DNA of 64,000 bases from NCBI GenBank assembly GCA_963720315.1, contig CAVRFC010000002.1, forward strand, positions 22,252-86,251. Direction: 5' to 3'. Made by a program: the position numbers and the translations under genes. This DNA comes from an uncultured Chloroflexia bacterium (GTDB lineage Bacteria > Chloroflexota > Limnocylindria > Limnocylindrales > CSP1-4). The notes beneath the pieces are model-generated. The model saw nothing but the letters and a program-made list of their open reading frames with translations. It did not search any database and was not told the origin of the DNA. This document shows, in pieces, positions 46,943-56,289 of this stretch; the stretch's first letter is position 1, and every line of letters begins with the position of its first letter.

Positions 46943-48670
46943 GTGACCGGCGTGGCAGTCCTCAGGCTGGCTACGGGCGGCTGGGACGCGATGCTGGCGG
47001 ATCACAGCCGCTACGTGTTCTCCGGCATGTCTTTGCTCGACGGCCGGGGCTACTTGGGCGAGGCCGGTGAGACCTTCTACGTTCGATCGCCGGCGTATCC
47101 GGTGATGGTCGGCGGGGGTTTCGTGGTTGCCGGGAGCGACGGCGCCCACCTGGTGGCGTGGGGTCTCGGCCTGGTCGGCCTCTTGCTGGCCGTCTGGCTG
47201 GCGGCGCGGCTCAGCGGTCCGGTGGCGGCGCTCGCGACCGCGGCGGCGGTTATCGCGGTTCCGCAGTTCTGGGAGCAGATCGTCTCGCTCGGGATCGACC
47301 TTCCCCACGCGGCCTTCTATCTTGGGGCCATCGCCCTTCTGTGGCACCCGAGGCTGGGTCATTGGCTCGCCGCGGGCGGCCTGCTGGGCCTGACGCTGCT
47401 GGTCAAGGAGACGGTCGCCCCGGCCGTAGTCCTGCTCCCGATCGCCTGGTTGCCCGCGTGGTCCGGCCTGGGCTGGCGGACGTGGGCCCGGCTCGCGCTC
47501 GTGTTCCTGCTTGCCATAGCCGTCGTCGCCGGGTGGTGGTGGTTTCTCGTCTGGAGGGAAACCGGACTCCTGTTCCCCCTCAACTCGCTCAGGGCAATCG
47601 TGCCGGATGAGGCAGAGCTCACGCTCGATCCGACCAGAACGAGCGCCGTGGCCTGGCTGGCTGCCGCGGCGGCCTGGGCGTATCTCCTCGTCACGCGCTT
47701 CCGGGATGCCGGCGTACGACTGCTGGCCTTGGCCGCCCTTGCCCTGGCCCCGGCAGTCACCGCGACGGTCCTGCTCTCGCAGCCGGAACGGAACCTCACG
47801 GTCCTGGTCGTCCTGAGCTGCATTGCCGCAGGCGTCGCCGTGGCCGACCTCTCGCGGGCGACAGCGCCCCGTCTGCCAGGCTGGGCGAGACTCGCAGCCA
47901 CCGCGGCAGTCGCTGTCGCGCTCGTCGCGGGTCCGGTGATGGGCCAGTGGATGGTCGGCAGCCCGACCCGCGACCCATTGCCGGCAGATGCCGCGGCCCT
48001 CATCCGCCCTTCCCTTCGACCGGGCCAGGAGGTCATCTCGTCGTTCCGCGGCCGCTCACCGCTCGGCGTCGAACTGTTCGACTTGCACGTTCAGGTCCGG
48101 CTGGCTCCGGTTTCGGCTGTCCAGCGCCCAGCGGACCCGTCCCAGTACCTCTGGCTGGGCGAGCGCCGCGGAACCCTGTTCGGGATCACGCGGGACAGCT
48201 GGCAACGGCGGTTGAGCTCGGACAATGCGGCCTACCTGGTGCTGATTGCCCCGCACACGCTGACCCCGGTGGATCTGCTCCCTGCCCTGCGATCGGTTGA
48301 TGGCGGGCCGAACGGATTGACGTTCGTCGAGACACTCACCAGCCCGTTGGGCTCGGCGGACATTTTCCGGATAACGCCCGGCCGTATCGACCGAGCGACA
48401 GGGGTCCGCCTGCACGCCGAGCCTGGCGCGCTCACCCACTGGCTGGACATGGCCGAAGCGTCCGGCATGTCGAACGCGAGGCAAAGCCTTCTCGCGGCTC
48501 GTCCAGTGGTGCTTGCTCGCGCTGCGAATCTGAAAAGCCTCGCGGGGCGCCTCGGCGCTCTGGCTTGCTTCCGACCGATGCGAGAGGACGGCCAGCCCGT
48601 CCTGTCGATCGAGCCCGCTGCGGGTCAGAGCGACTGCAAGAGCGGGATGGCGGTCGAAGCCAAGCCGTGA
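46943..48670 (+). CDS. Polytopic GT-C-type (PMT_2/ArnT-like) membrane glycosyltransferase with a C-terminal extracytoplasmic domain
   Basis: 575 aa. About 10 TM segments with an N-terminal loop typical of ArnT/PMT_2-like enzymes. Adjacent to a GT2 polyprenyl-phosphate-sugar-synthase-like gene. A TM-like LLLLVSLAL upstream of GTG 46943 suggests the true start may be earlier or non-canonical. Confidence 0.5.
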   Translation: MTGVAVLRLATGGWDAMLADHSRYVFSGMSLLDGRGYLGEAGETFYVRSPAYPVMVGGGFVVAGSDGAHLVAWGLGLVGLLLAVWLAARLSGPVAALATAAAVIAVPQFWEQIVSLGIDLPHAAFYLGAIALLWHPRLGHWLAAGGLLGLTLLVKETVAPAVVLLPIAWLPAWSGLGWRTWARLALVFLLAIAVVAGWWWFLVWRETGLLFPLNSLRAIVPDEAELTLDPTRTSAVAWLAAAAAWAYLLVTRFRDAGVRLLALAALALAPAVTATVLLSQPERNLTVLVVLSCIAAGVAVADLSRATAPRLPGWARLAATAAVAVALVAGPVMGQWMVGSPTRDPLPADAAALIRPSLRPGQEVISSFRGRSPLGVELFDLHVQVRLAPVSAVQRPADPSQYLWLGERRGTLFGITRDSWQRRLSSDNAAYLVLIAPHTLTPVDLLPALRSVDGGPNGLTFVETLTSPLGSADIFRITPGRIDRATGVRLHAEPGALTHWLDMAEASGMSNARQSLLAARPVVLARAANLKSLAGRLGALACFRPMREDGQPVLSIEPAAGQSDCKSGMAVEAKP

Positions 48671-48712
48671 CGCAGCTCCCTGGATGTCACACTGAGCCGC
48701 AATGGTGCCAAC

Positions 48713-49438
48713 GTGACTTCGCCATCGCAGCCCGTCATTGCCGTCGTCATTCCCGCCCTGAATGAGGCCGGGAAGATCGGGCGCGTGCTCGACAAGTTCC
48801 CTCGGGACCCACGATTCGAGGCCATCGTCGTCGACGATGGCTCAACAGATGGCACAGGCGACGAGGCCCGGGCGCATGGCGCGGCCGTCGTCATTCGCCA
48901 TGATGTGCGAGGCGGTGTCGGTGCCGCGATTCGCGACGGCTGGTTCCGCGGCATCGAGCGAGAACGCCCCTATCTCGCACTCCTGTCTGGGGACGACCAG
49001 CACGAACCGTCCGAGCTCGTCGGCGCCTTCGAGGCGCTCAAAGCGGCCGGCGCCGACTATGTCCAGGGATCTCGATGGCGGGCCGGCGGCAGGGTCGTCG
49101 GAGCCACCGGCGGTCGGGGCCTCGGGACGCAGATCTATTCGCTCGCCTTCAGTGTCCTCAGCGGCCGTCGGGTCTCGGACGCGACCAATGGATTCAGGAT
49201 CTTCCGGGCGTCGATCCTGACCGATCCTCGGCTCGACATCGAACAACCATGGCTGGACAGCTACGACCTCGAGCCGTACGTGCTGTACAAAGCCATTCGC
49301 GGCGGCTACCAGGTCATCGAGCATCCGTGTACGGTGATCTACCACGAGAAGGAGGGCTACACGAAGATGCGCGGGATCCGTGACTGGTGGCGCCTGTTCC
49401 GGCCGGCGCTGTTGCTCAGGGCCGGGGTCAAGCGATGA
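48713..49438 (+). CDS. GT2 glycosyltransferase (polyprenyl-phosphate sugar synthase / DPM1-GtrB-like)
   Basis: VIAVVIPALNEAGKIG...IVVDDGSTDGTG...LSGDDQHEP... Confidence 0.8.
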   Translation: MTSPSQPVIAVVIPALNEAGKIGRVLDKFPRDPRFEAIVVDDGSTDGTGDEARAHGAAVVIRHDVRGGVGAAIRDGWFRGIERERPYLALLSGDDQHEPSELVGAFEALKAAGADYVQGSRWRAGGRVVGATGGRGLGTQIYSLAFSVLSGRRVSDATNGFRIFRASILTDPRLDIEQPWLDSYDLEPYVLYKAIRGGYQVIEHPCTVIYHEKEGYTKMRGIRDWWRLFRPALLLRAGVKR

Positions 49439-50440
49439 TTGGTGCGCCAGAGCGGTCGTTCGGCGGACGGCGGATCCTGGTGACCGGCGGAGCAGGGTTC
49501 GTGGGCGGTGCCCTGACCCGGAAGCTGGTCGATGCCGGGGCCCGCGTGACCGTGCTCGACGACCTCTTCACGGGACGGCCCGAAACGATCCCGACCGGCG
49601 CCGAATTTGTGCAGGGCTCCGTTACCGACGCCGGCCTCGTCGACGAGCTGGTCGCGGCAACCAGCCTCGTGTTTCACATGGCGGCTCGAAACATCATCGC
49701 CTCGACCGCGAACCCTCGGGACGATTTCGCAACCAACATCGGTGGCACCCTGAATGTCCTGCTGGCCGCCCGAGCCAACAAGGTCGACCGGGTCGTGTAC
49801 ACCTCATCCGCCTCGGTCTACGGCAACCCGCGCTCGATTCCCGATCAACGAGGACGACGGGGTCGTCATGCTCTCGCCGTACGCTGTCAGCAAGCTGGGC
49901 GGCGAGAACTACTGCCAGGCGTTCTACGAGAGCTACGGACTGCCCACTGCGTCCGTTCGCTACAGCAACGTATACGGCCCGGGCCAGCGACCGGACAACC
50001 CCTATTGCGGCGTCGTCTCCAAGTTCCTCGTCGACGCCCACGCCGGTCGACCGTTGTCCGTCCACGGCGATGGTGAGCAGACGCGGGACTACACCTACGT
50101 CGACGACGCCGTGGACGCGACATTGCTCGCGGCCATTCGGCCCCGAGCCGAGGGCGAGATCTTCAACGTCGGAACCGGGATCGAGACTTCGGTCAATAAG
50201 CTCGGCTTCGAAGTCGGCCGGGCCCTCGACGTCGCCGTCGAGCTTCAGCACATCGATCGGCGCGACATCGACAACATCCGGCGCCGGGTCGTGAACATCG
50301 AGAAGGCCCGACGGATGCTCCATTGGACGCCCCAGGTCACGCTGGAGACGGGACTCAAGCGCACGGCGGACTGGTTCATCGCGTCGCCCTTTGCCGAGAG
50401 ACAGGACGCCGTCAGCAGCATCACGCCAGGGGCTCGCTGA
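49435..50440 (+). pseudogene. NAD-dependent nucleotide-sugar epimerase/dehydratase, one frameshift near 49840
   Basis: RILVTGGAGFVGGAL...YTSSASVYGNPRSIP / INEDD...SPYAVSKLGGE (YxxxK). An extra C lies in a CCC run. ATGA overlap with the GT2 gene. Confidence 0.8.
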
Positions 50441-50473
50441 CTTCGAGTTCACGTCGCCCCCGCCTCCCTCGAC

Positions 50474-50479
50474 TAGACT
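50474..50479 (+). promoter_or_regulatory. -10-like hexamer TAGACT, 9 nt upstream of the LCP gene GTG
   Basis: TAGACT at 50474..50479 and GTG at 50489, with no Shine-Dalgarno. Confidence 0.3.
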
Positions 50480-50488
50480 CCTTCGGAC

Positions 50489-51856
50489 GTGAGCATCGAT
50501 TCAGAGCGATTGCGATCGCACTGGCACCCGTCGCGCTCGCCGGCGATCGCAGCGTTCCTGTCATTTGTCTGGCCGGGGCTCGGCCAGTGGTATGCCGGCC
50601 GGCCTCGGGCCGCGCTGTTGTTCGCGGTGCCCGTCGCAGCGGTCCTGCTCCTGCTGCTCATCTGGATCGCGGGCGGCCTCGATCGCGCCCTCGTCGATCT
50701 CCTCCTGCCCGCCGTGGCGGTCACATTCATCGTTCTCATCATCGCCGAGGGCGCGTGGCGGATCGCCGCGCTCGTCCATGCGGCGTGGCTGACCGGCGGA
50801 AGGCCCGCCTTCCGCGAGCCGCCGGTCGGGGGAGCAGTCGTCGCGCTGACGTTCCTCGTCGTCGTCAGCCACATCTGGGCGGCGTCGGTCGCCTGGTCGC
50901 TGTATCAGGCGTCCGGTCGGGTGTTCGATCCGCCTGTGGCCGGGCCCGTGGCGTCCGGCGGGCCGACGCCCAGCGACGGATTCCAGGCAACGCCCCAGGC
51001 GACCCCGGAGACCAAGGAGTCGCGGATCAACATCCTGCTCACGGGGATCGACTCGTCCGAGCTTCGACACCATGCCCTGACGGACACCCTCATCGTGGTC
51101 AGCGTCGACCCGCTGACCGGCGACGTCGCGATGGTCAGCTTCCCGCGCGACATCGCGCGGTTCACGATGTCGAACGGGGAGCTATTTCCGCGCAAGATCA
51201 ACTCGCTGATGCAGGAGGCCGACAAGGACCCCGTGAAATACCCGGACGGCGGGCTCCCGACGCTGATCCGAGAGCTCGGCTACCTCCTCGGCGTTCCGAT
51301 CCACTACTACGCGGCGGTCGACCTGGACGGCTTCCGCAAGCTGGTCGACACCGTCGGTGGTGTCACCGTCGACAACCCCAGGGCCATCAACGACCCGACG
51401 TACGGCGGCTGGCTCGACGGCCACATCGGGTTCAGGCTCACGAAGGGCGTCCATCATCTCGACGGCGAGACGGCACTCGCGTACGCTCGCTCCCGCCGAG
51501 GCTCCGGCGACAATGATTTCACCAGGGCCAGGCGTCAGCAGCAGCTTCTCCTCGCCCTCCGGGCCCGCCTGACCGATCCAACGCTGCTGCCGCAGCTGCC
51601 GGCGATCATCGAGGCCGGCTCCAATACCCTCCGGACGAACTTCCCGCGCGACCGTCTCCAGGAGATGCTCGCAGTCGGCCAGGCAATCGAGAGCGACGAT
51701 GGGATTCGGCGGGTGGTCCTCGGGCCGCCGTACGCGAAGAACGCCCCGGCCGGAACGCCCGGCGGCTACCAGCTGATCATCGACCTGGACCGCCTCGCCA
51801 AGCTCTCGATCGAGCTGTTCGGGGCCGACAGCCGGTACGCGACGGCGACGCCGTGA
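50489..51856 (+). CDS. LytR-CpsA-Psr (LCP) family glycopolymer-peptidoglycan ligase
   Basis: N-terminal TM region, then INILLTGIDS...TDTLIVVSVDP...VSFPRD...LDGETALAYARSRRGSGDNDFTRARRQQQLL. Confidence 0.8.
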   Translation: MSIDSERLRSHWHPSRSPAIAAFLSFVWPGLGQWYAGRPRAALLFAVPVAAVLLLLLIWIAGGLDRALVDLLLPAVAVTFIVLIIAEGAWRIAALVHAAWLTGGRPAFREPPVGGAVVALTFLVVVSHIWAASVAWSLYQASGRVFDPPVAGPVASGGPTPSDGFQATPQATPETKESRINILLTGIDSSELRHHALTDTLIVVSVDPLTGDVAMVSFPRDIARFTMSNGELFPRKINSLMQEADKDPVKYPDGGLPTLIRELGYLLGVPIHYYAAVDLDGFRKLVDTVGGVTVDNPRAINDPTYGGWLDGHIGFRLTKGVHHLDGETALAYARSRRGSGDNDFTRARRQQQLLLALRARLTDPTLLPQLPAIIEAGSNTLRTNFPRDRLQEMLAVGQAIESDDGIRRVVLGPPYAKNAPAGTPGGYQLIIDLDRLAKLSIELFGADSRYATATP

Positions 51857-51881
51857 GGCGGGCCTGCGAGAGCGCCCCGGG

Positions 51882-53282
51882 GTGACGTCGCCCGGAGCCC
51901 CGGTCTCCGCGAAGACTCAATGGACCGTCTCCAAACGAATCGACGGGCCGCTCGTGCTCGATATCGCGGCGCTGGCGGCGTTCCCGATCGTCCGAACAGT
52001 CGGCGACAACATGTTGATCGGGGTCTGGACCGTCGCAGTTCTTCTCCTCGCGATGCGCTGGCCCGCGTCCGGCCTGGGGCTCGCAGCCGCGATCATGGTC
52101 TTCCCGCAATCGACGAGGATCGGCGTCGACCCGAGCGTTGCGCTCATCGCGGCAAGCTCGATCGGATTGGCAATCGACCTTGCCCGGCATGGTCATCCAG
52201 GCGAGCCGATGCGGCACCGGATGGCGATTGTCGTCGGGGGAGTGACTGCCCTGGCGGCGGCAACTGGTGTGGCTCTCGTGCGCTCGCTCGTCAGGCTCGA
52301 CGCCGACGCCGCCGTGGAGGCCACCCGTCGTTGGATCGAGTTTGGCGCGGGCCTCGCATTCTTCCTGATGCTGATCCGTGTGTTCTCAACGGGATCGATA
52401 CGCCCCCTCGTCGTCGGCGTCATCGGGATCTCAGCTGCCGTGGGCATCAGCCTGCTTGAGTTGTTCGCGCCGGGCCTGCTGCCGTCGATCGGGATGGCCT
52501 GGCTGGTTCCAGGAGCGGAAGAATTGAGTCGAGCGACTGGCCCATTCGTGAGCCCTAATCGGCTCGGGATCGTCGCCGGCGTTCTCGGGATCGTGGGCGT
52601 GTGCCAGGCGTTGACGTCGGACCGATGGCGCTGGCTCTGGGTGGCCGTCACCGTGTTGTCCACGATCGTCCTGATCGCCAGCTTCAGTCGGAGTGCGCTG
52701 CTGGGCATTGCCGTTGCCGGAGCGGCCGTCCTGGTCACGCGGTCGCGCCGCCTCGCCGCCCGATATGTCGTTGCGGTCACGGTCGCCGCCGTGCTCGTGG
52801 TGCCGATCTTCGTCGGGGCGAGGCTGGCCGGCCAGAGCGGAACGCTCGAGATCCTGCTCGGTAACGACCAGGGCCGGTTCGATGCATGGTTGGCGGGCAT
52901 CCGGATGATCCTGGTGGAGCCGATCTCCGGTCACGGGTTCCATTCCTTTCGAATGCTCGGCGAGAGCTATGGCGCCACGGACGGGCTCCGGACAGCCCAC
53001 AACGAGCTCATCGGCCTGTGGGCCGAGAGTGGGATCGTGGCCCTCTTGGCGTTATTGGTGACCGCAGGCGGGATCGTCGCCACTGCCGTCGAGCGTCGCG
53101 GTGATCCCTGGGCGATGGCGTCGATCGCAGTGTTGACCCTCTTCCTGGTCGCCACATCGTTCAACATCCAGTCCAAACAGCTGGCCGTCATGGGCCCGGT
53201 CTGGCTCGCCATTGCGTATGGGATCGCTCGACCGCTCAGCCCTGCCCCAATCGAGCGCTCGCCTCCACCGCGGCTGGCATGA
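51882..53282 (+). CDS. O-antigen ligase/polymerase-like (Wzy_C family) membrane protein
   Basis: 466-aa polytopic protein. ...SFSRSALLGIAVAGAAVLV... and HGFHSFRMLG...AHNELIGLWAESGIVALLAL are typical of the O-antigen ligase family. Confidence 0.7.
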   Translation: MTSPGAPVSAKTQWTVSKRIDGPLVLDIAALAAFPIVRTVGDNMLIGVWTVAVLLLAMRWPASGLGLAAAIMVFPQSTRIGVDPSVALIAASSIGLAIDLARHGHPGEPMRHRMAIVVGGVTALAAATGVALVRSLVRLDADAAVEATRRWIEFGAGLAFFLMLIRVFSTGSIRPLVVGVIGISAAVGISLLELFAPGLLPSIGMAWLVPGAEELSRATGPFVSPNRLGIVAGVLGIVGVCQALTSDRWRWLWVAVTVLSTIVLIASFSRSALLGIAVAGAAVLVTRSRRLAARYVVAVTVAAVLVVPIFVGARLAGQSGTLEILLGNDQGRFDAWLAGIRMILVEPISGHGFHSFRMLGESYGATDGLRTAHNELIGLWAESGIVALLALLVTAGGIVATAVERRGDPWAMASIAVLTLFLVATSFNIQSKQLAVMGPVWLAIAYGIARPLSPAPIERSPPPRLA

Positions 53283-53521
53283 ACCCGCCCCGCAGTCACG
53301 ACGGCGTTCCGCGCTCGGGTTACCGGCCTGCCCTCGACGGGATCCGGGCCGTCGCGGTCCTTGCCGTTGTCGGCTACCACCTGGACAATCCATGGCTTCG
53401 CCTGCAAGGTGCCATCGCTAGCCGCGATGGCCTGTTGTGCGCGGGGTCGTCGGGTGCGTGGCTCGCCGATGTGATCGATGCGGAGCTCGCCAGGGCTATC
53501 TCCAGGTCCACAATTCCATAG
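53279..53521 (+). pseudogene. Remnant of an acyltransferase-3 (OafA-like) gene. Only the N-terminal ~35 aa are recognisable.
   Basis: GYRPALDGIRAVAVLAVVGYH matches the characteristic acyltransferase_3 N-terminus. After about aa 40 no frame continues the family. A locally lower-GC stretch follows. Confidence 0.4.
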
Positions 53522-53679
53522 ATTCGGAGGTTCATCATCCACGCCGTTACGAGACCTCGGCTGCCACGAGACTCCGCGATGGCGGACGGACGGACGCGGC
53601 TGCTCGACGAGTTACCGAAGGCGCCCGTTACGACGACAATCTCGAGGCCACGCAAGTCTCTGATCGCTCGGAGTCGACG

Positions 53680-54534
53680 ATGCCGCAACGTTCTGTGAGC
53701 ACGCTCAGGCGCAGGGAGCGTCGCCTTGCCGAGGGTCATCCAGCACTAGCCGAGACCCACCTCGACGCCTATCTGGGCATGCTTGAGGCGCGTCCAGACG
53801 AATCACCGCGGGTCGACCGCCTGTTCACGCTCCTCGACAGGGTGGTCGATCTTGGGCCGCCGAAGGATCTCATCGTCCTGGGCTGTGGCCCAAGACCACG
53901 ACTGATCAAGACCCTCATCGAGCGCGGCCATAGGGTCGTCGGGGTCGAGCCCGTTCCTTCCTTCGTGACCGCGGCGAACGAGTACCTGCCCCCAGGAAAC
54001 GAGGTTCTCGCCGGCGCGGCGGAGGCACTGCCGGTGGAGTCCTCCAGCCAGGACGTCATCCTGTGTGAAAGCGTGCTGGAACATGTCGACTCGCCGCGGG
54101 CAGCGCTCGATGAGATGTATCGGGCGCTACGACCTGGCGGCATTGTCTACATCTATACGACGAATCGGCTGCGCCTCAACCTGCGCGGACAGAACGGCGA
54201 GTTCAACGTCCCATTCTTCAACTGGTTTCCGCGCCTCGTGCGCGAGTCATACGTGTTCCGTCATCTGCATTACAAGCCCGACCTTGCGAACTACAGCCTT
54301 CGGCCGGCGGTTCATTGGTTCACCTTCGACCAGTTGTGCGAGCTCGGCCGCGATAGCGGCTTCGGGCAGTTCTACTCGGTCGTGGACCTCGTCAGGCTCA
54401 GCGACGCCACCGTATCGAGCAGCTGGCGGCGGGTACTCCTTGGCCCACTCCAACGCAGCGCTTGGCTCCGGGCGCTGGCGCTAACCCAGGTCGGCAACAG
54501 CATCATCATGCTCAAGCGGCCCGACGCGCCGTAG
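53680..54534 (+). CDS. Class I SAM-dependent methyltransferase
   Basis: Motif I LIVLGCGPRP and motif post-I/II ...DVILCESVLEHV...LRPGGIVYI. ATG 53680 is in frame with track ORF 53437..54534. Confidence 0.7.
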   Translation: MPQRSVSTLRRRERRLAEGHPALAETHLDAYLGMLEARPDESPRVDRLFTLLDRVVDLGPPKDLIVLGCGPRPRLIKTLIERGHRVVGVEPVPSFVTAANEYLPPGNEVLAGAAEALPVESSSQDVILCESVLEHVDSPRAALDEMYRALRPGGIVYIYTTNRLRLNLRGQNGEFNVPFFNWFPRLVRESYVFRHLHYKPDLANYSLRPAVHWFTFDQLCELGRDSGFGQFYSVVDLVRLSDATVSSSWRRVLLGPLQRSAWLRALALTQVGNSIIMLKRPDAP

Positions 54535-54637
54535 CCGGCGGCAGCTCGTTGACCAATTGCGCCGCCGACGGTAGGCCTAGAAATGGGACGACGGACGTAC
54601 CCTACACTCCGTCGGACGTCATCAGCCCACGGGAGAT

Positions 54638-56188
54638 ATGCCCGATCGCCACGCTCGCGGCCGACACGCCGCGCTGCCCGTGTTGACCCCACGGTCGTCG
54701 GCTGCCGACGCCGCGGTGGGTCCACAGCCACAGCCGATCACAGCCTCGCCGCCCAAACTCAAGCTGCGCGTCTGGGGGGAGGTCGCCGTCGGCCTCCTTC
54801 CGTTCCTTGCGTGGCTCGTCGCGGGGATCAGCGATACTCCGCGATTGGCAGTGGCCGCGTACATCGTGATCGCCATCATGCTCGCGCTCCGGCCGCAGCT
54901 CGGCTATCTCGCCCTGCTGCCGATGCTCACGTTCAATCACCCGCAGGGGTTTCCGCCTCACGGTCCGATTTTTCTCCTGGCCGGAATTGGCTTGGCATCC
55001 GTCCTCTTTCGTTGGTCGATCGGCCTTGTCCATGTCCCCCGATCCGTGCGTCCGGCTCTCTGGTGCTCGCTGGCATTTCTGGCCGTGACGGCGTTCCAGC
55101 TCTTTCTCGGCGTCAGTGAGTTCGGCGGGACGCTTCCGCTCCGCGCAGTGAGCCAATACGACCAGGTCTTCATCATCCTGTCTGTATTTGCCATGGGACT
55201 TGCCGTGTTACCAGGAAGGGCACGGTGGCCCTACCACGTCGCCTTCCTGGCGTCATTTGCCGTTGTCGCGGGCGTGGCGATCCTGCATTTCGTCTGGCCT
55301 GGGACGTTGGAGGTCCTCAGTCTGGACTGGATGGTCCATCCGAGCGCCTCCGTATACCGCGCCTCGGGCGTGATCGCCAATCCCAACTTCCTCGGGCTCG
55401 CCCTCGCCTGTGGACTGTCCTGGATCGTGGTCACAGCCATCTGGCAGGGGGCTCAAGGGCGCCCCGAGGTGACTACGTGGCTCGCTCCAATCATTACTGC
55501 GGCTGGCATCGCACTGATCCTGACGTTCTCCCGAGCGGCCATCGTCGCCCTTGGGGTTGGGATGATCGCTGCGCTCGCCAGACGTTCGCTTCGGGCCGCC
55601 GGTGGGTTGGCCGCCGCCACAGCAATCGCAGCGCTTCTCATCTATCCGCTCTTTGTTCAGGTTCGGCTCGGGCAAACGTTCGGTGAGGCCTCGCCGGCCG
55701 GCGAGGCCGCATTTGCCGAGAGCGATCGGCTTCGGGCCCAGATCGCAGAGTCAGCTGTCATGGCGTTCCTCGACGCGCCCATCGCGGGACACGGCTTTGC
55801 GACGTTCCGCGAGATCAGCCCGACATACTCCGGCCAGTCGATACTGACCTCAGCCCATGATCTGTATCTGAAGGTCGCCGCCGAGCAGGGGCTAATCGGA
55901 CTCGCTCTGCTCGGTGCCTTTCTCTTCTCGATCGTGATGCCGATGTGGCGTGCGGGCCCGGGTCCGTGGATGGCATCTCTGGCGGTCGCTTTTGCATTCA
56001 TGGCGTTCTCTCTGACCGCCGACACCCTCGGGAGTGCGCAGGCAATGGCCGGCGCCTTCTATCTGATGGCGGCCGGGGTCGCACAGGCGGGTTTCACGAC
56101 AGAATGGGTCCTGGCGAGCGAGCGTCAAGCCAGGGCCGCGCATCGGGCTGCCGATGCCGATCCCTCCGTTGGCCGAACGATGCAGTAG
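54638..56188 (+). CDS. Second O-antigen ligase/polymerase-like (Wzy_C family) membrane protein
   Basis: Polytopic. ...LTFSRAAIVALGVGMIAAL..., GHGFATFREIS...AHDLYLKVAAEQGLIGLALLG. The start may be downstream of 54638. Confidence 0.65.
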   Translation: MPDRHARGRHAALPVLTPRSSAADAAVGPQPQPITASPPKLKLRVWGEVAVGLLPFLAWLVAGISDTPRLAVAAYIVIAIMLALRPQLGYLALLPMLTFNHPQGFPPHGPIFLLAGIGLASVLFRWSIGLVHVPRSVRPALWCSLAFLAVTAFQLFLGVSEFGGTLPLRAVSQYDQVFIILSVFAMGLAVLPGRARWPYHVAFLASFAVVAGVAILHFVWPGTLEVLSLDWMVHPSASVYRASGVIANPNFLGLALACGLSWIVVTAIWQGAQGRPEVTTWLAPIITAAGIALILTFSRAAIVALGVGMIAALARRSLRAAGGLAAATAIAALLIYPLFVQVRLGQTFGEASPAGEAAFAESDRLRAQIAESAVMAFLDAPIAGHGFATFREISPTYSGQSILTSAHDLYLKVAAEQGLIGLALLGAFLFSIVMPMWRAGPGPWMASLAVAFAFMAFSLTADTLGSAQAMAGAFYLMAAGVAQAGFTTEWVLASERQARAAHRAADADPSVGRTMQ

Positions 56189-56289
56189 TGTTGGGCCCGC
56201 ACATGAACAGGCATGCACCAGGCGGGCCGCCCACGCGACTGCCCGCCCTCCGGTCGGAGCGGTGCAGCGTCTCTGCGGCGATCTAGGCC

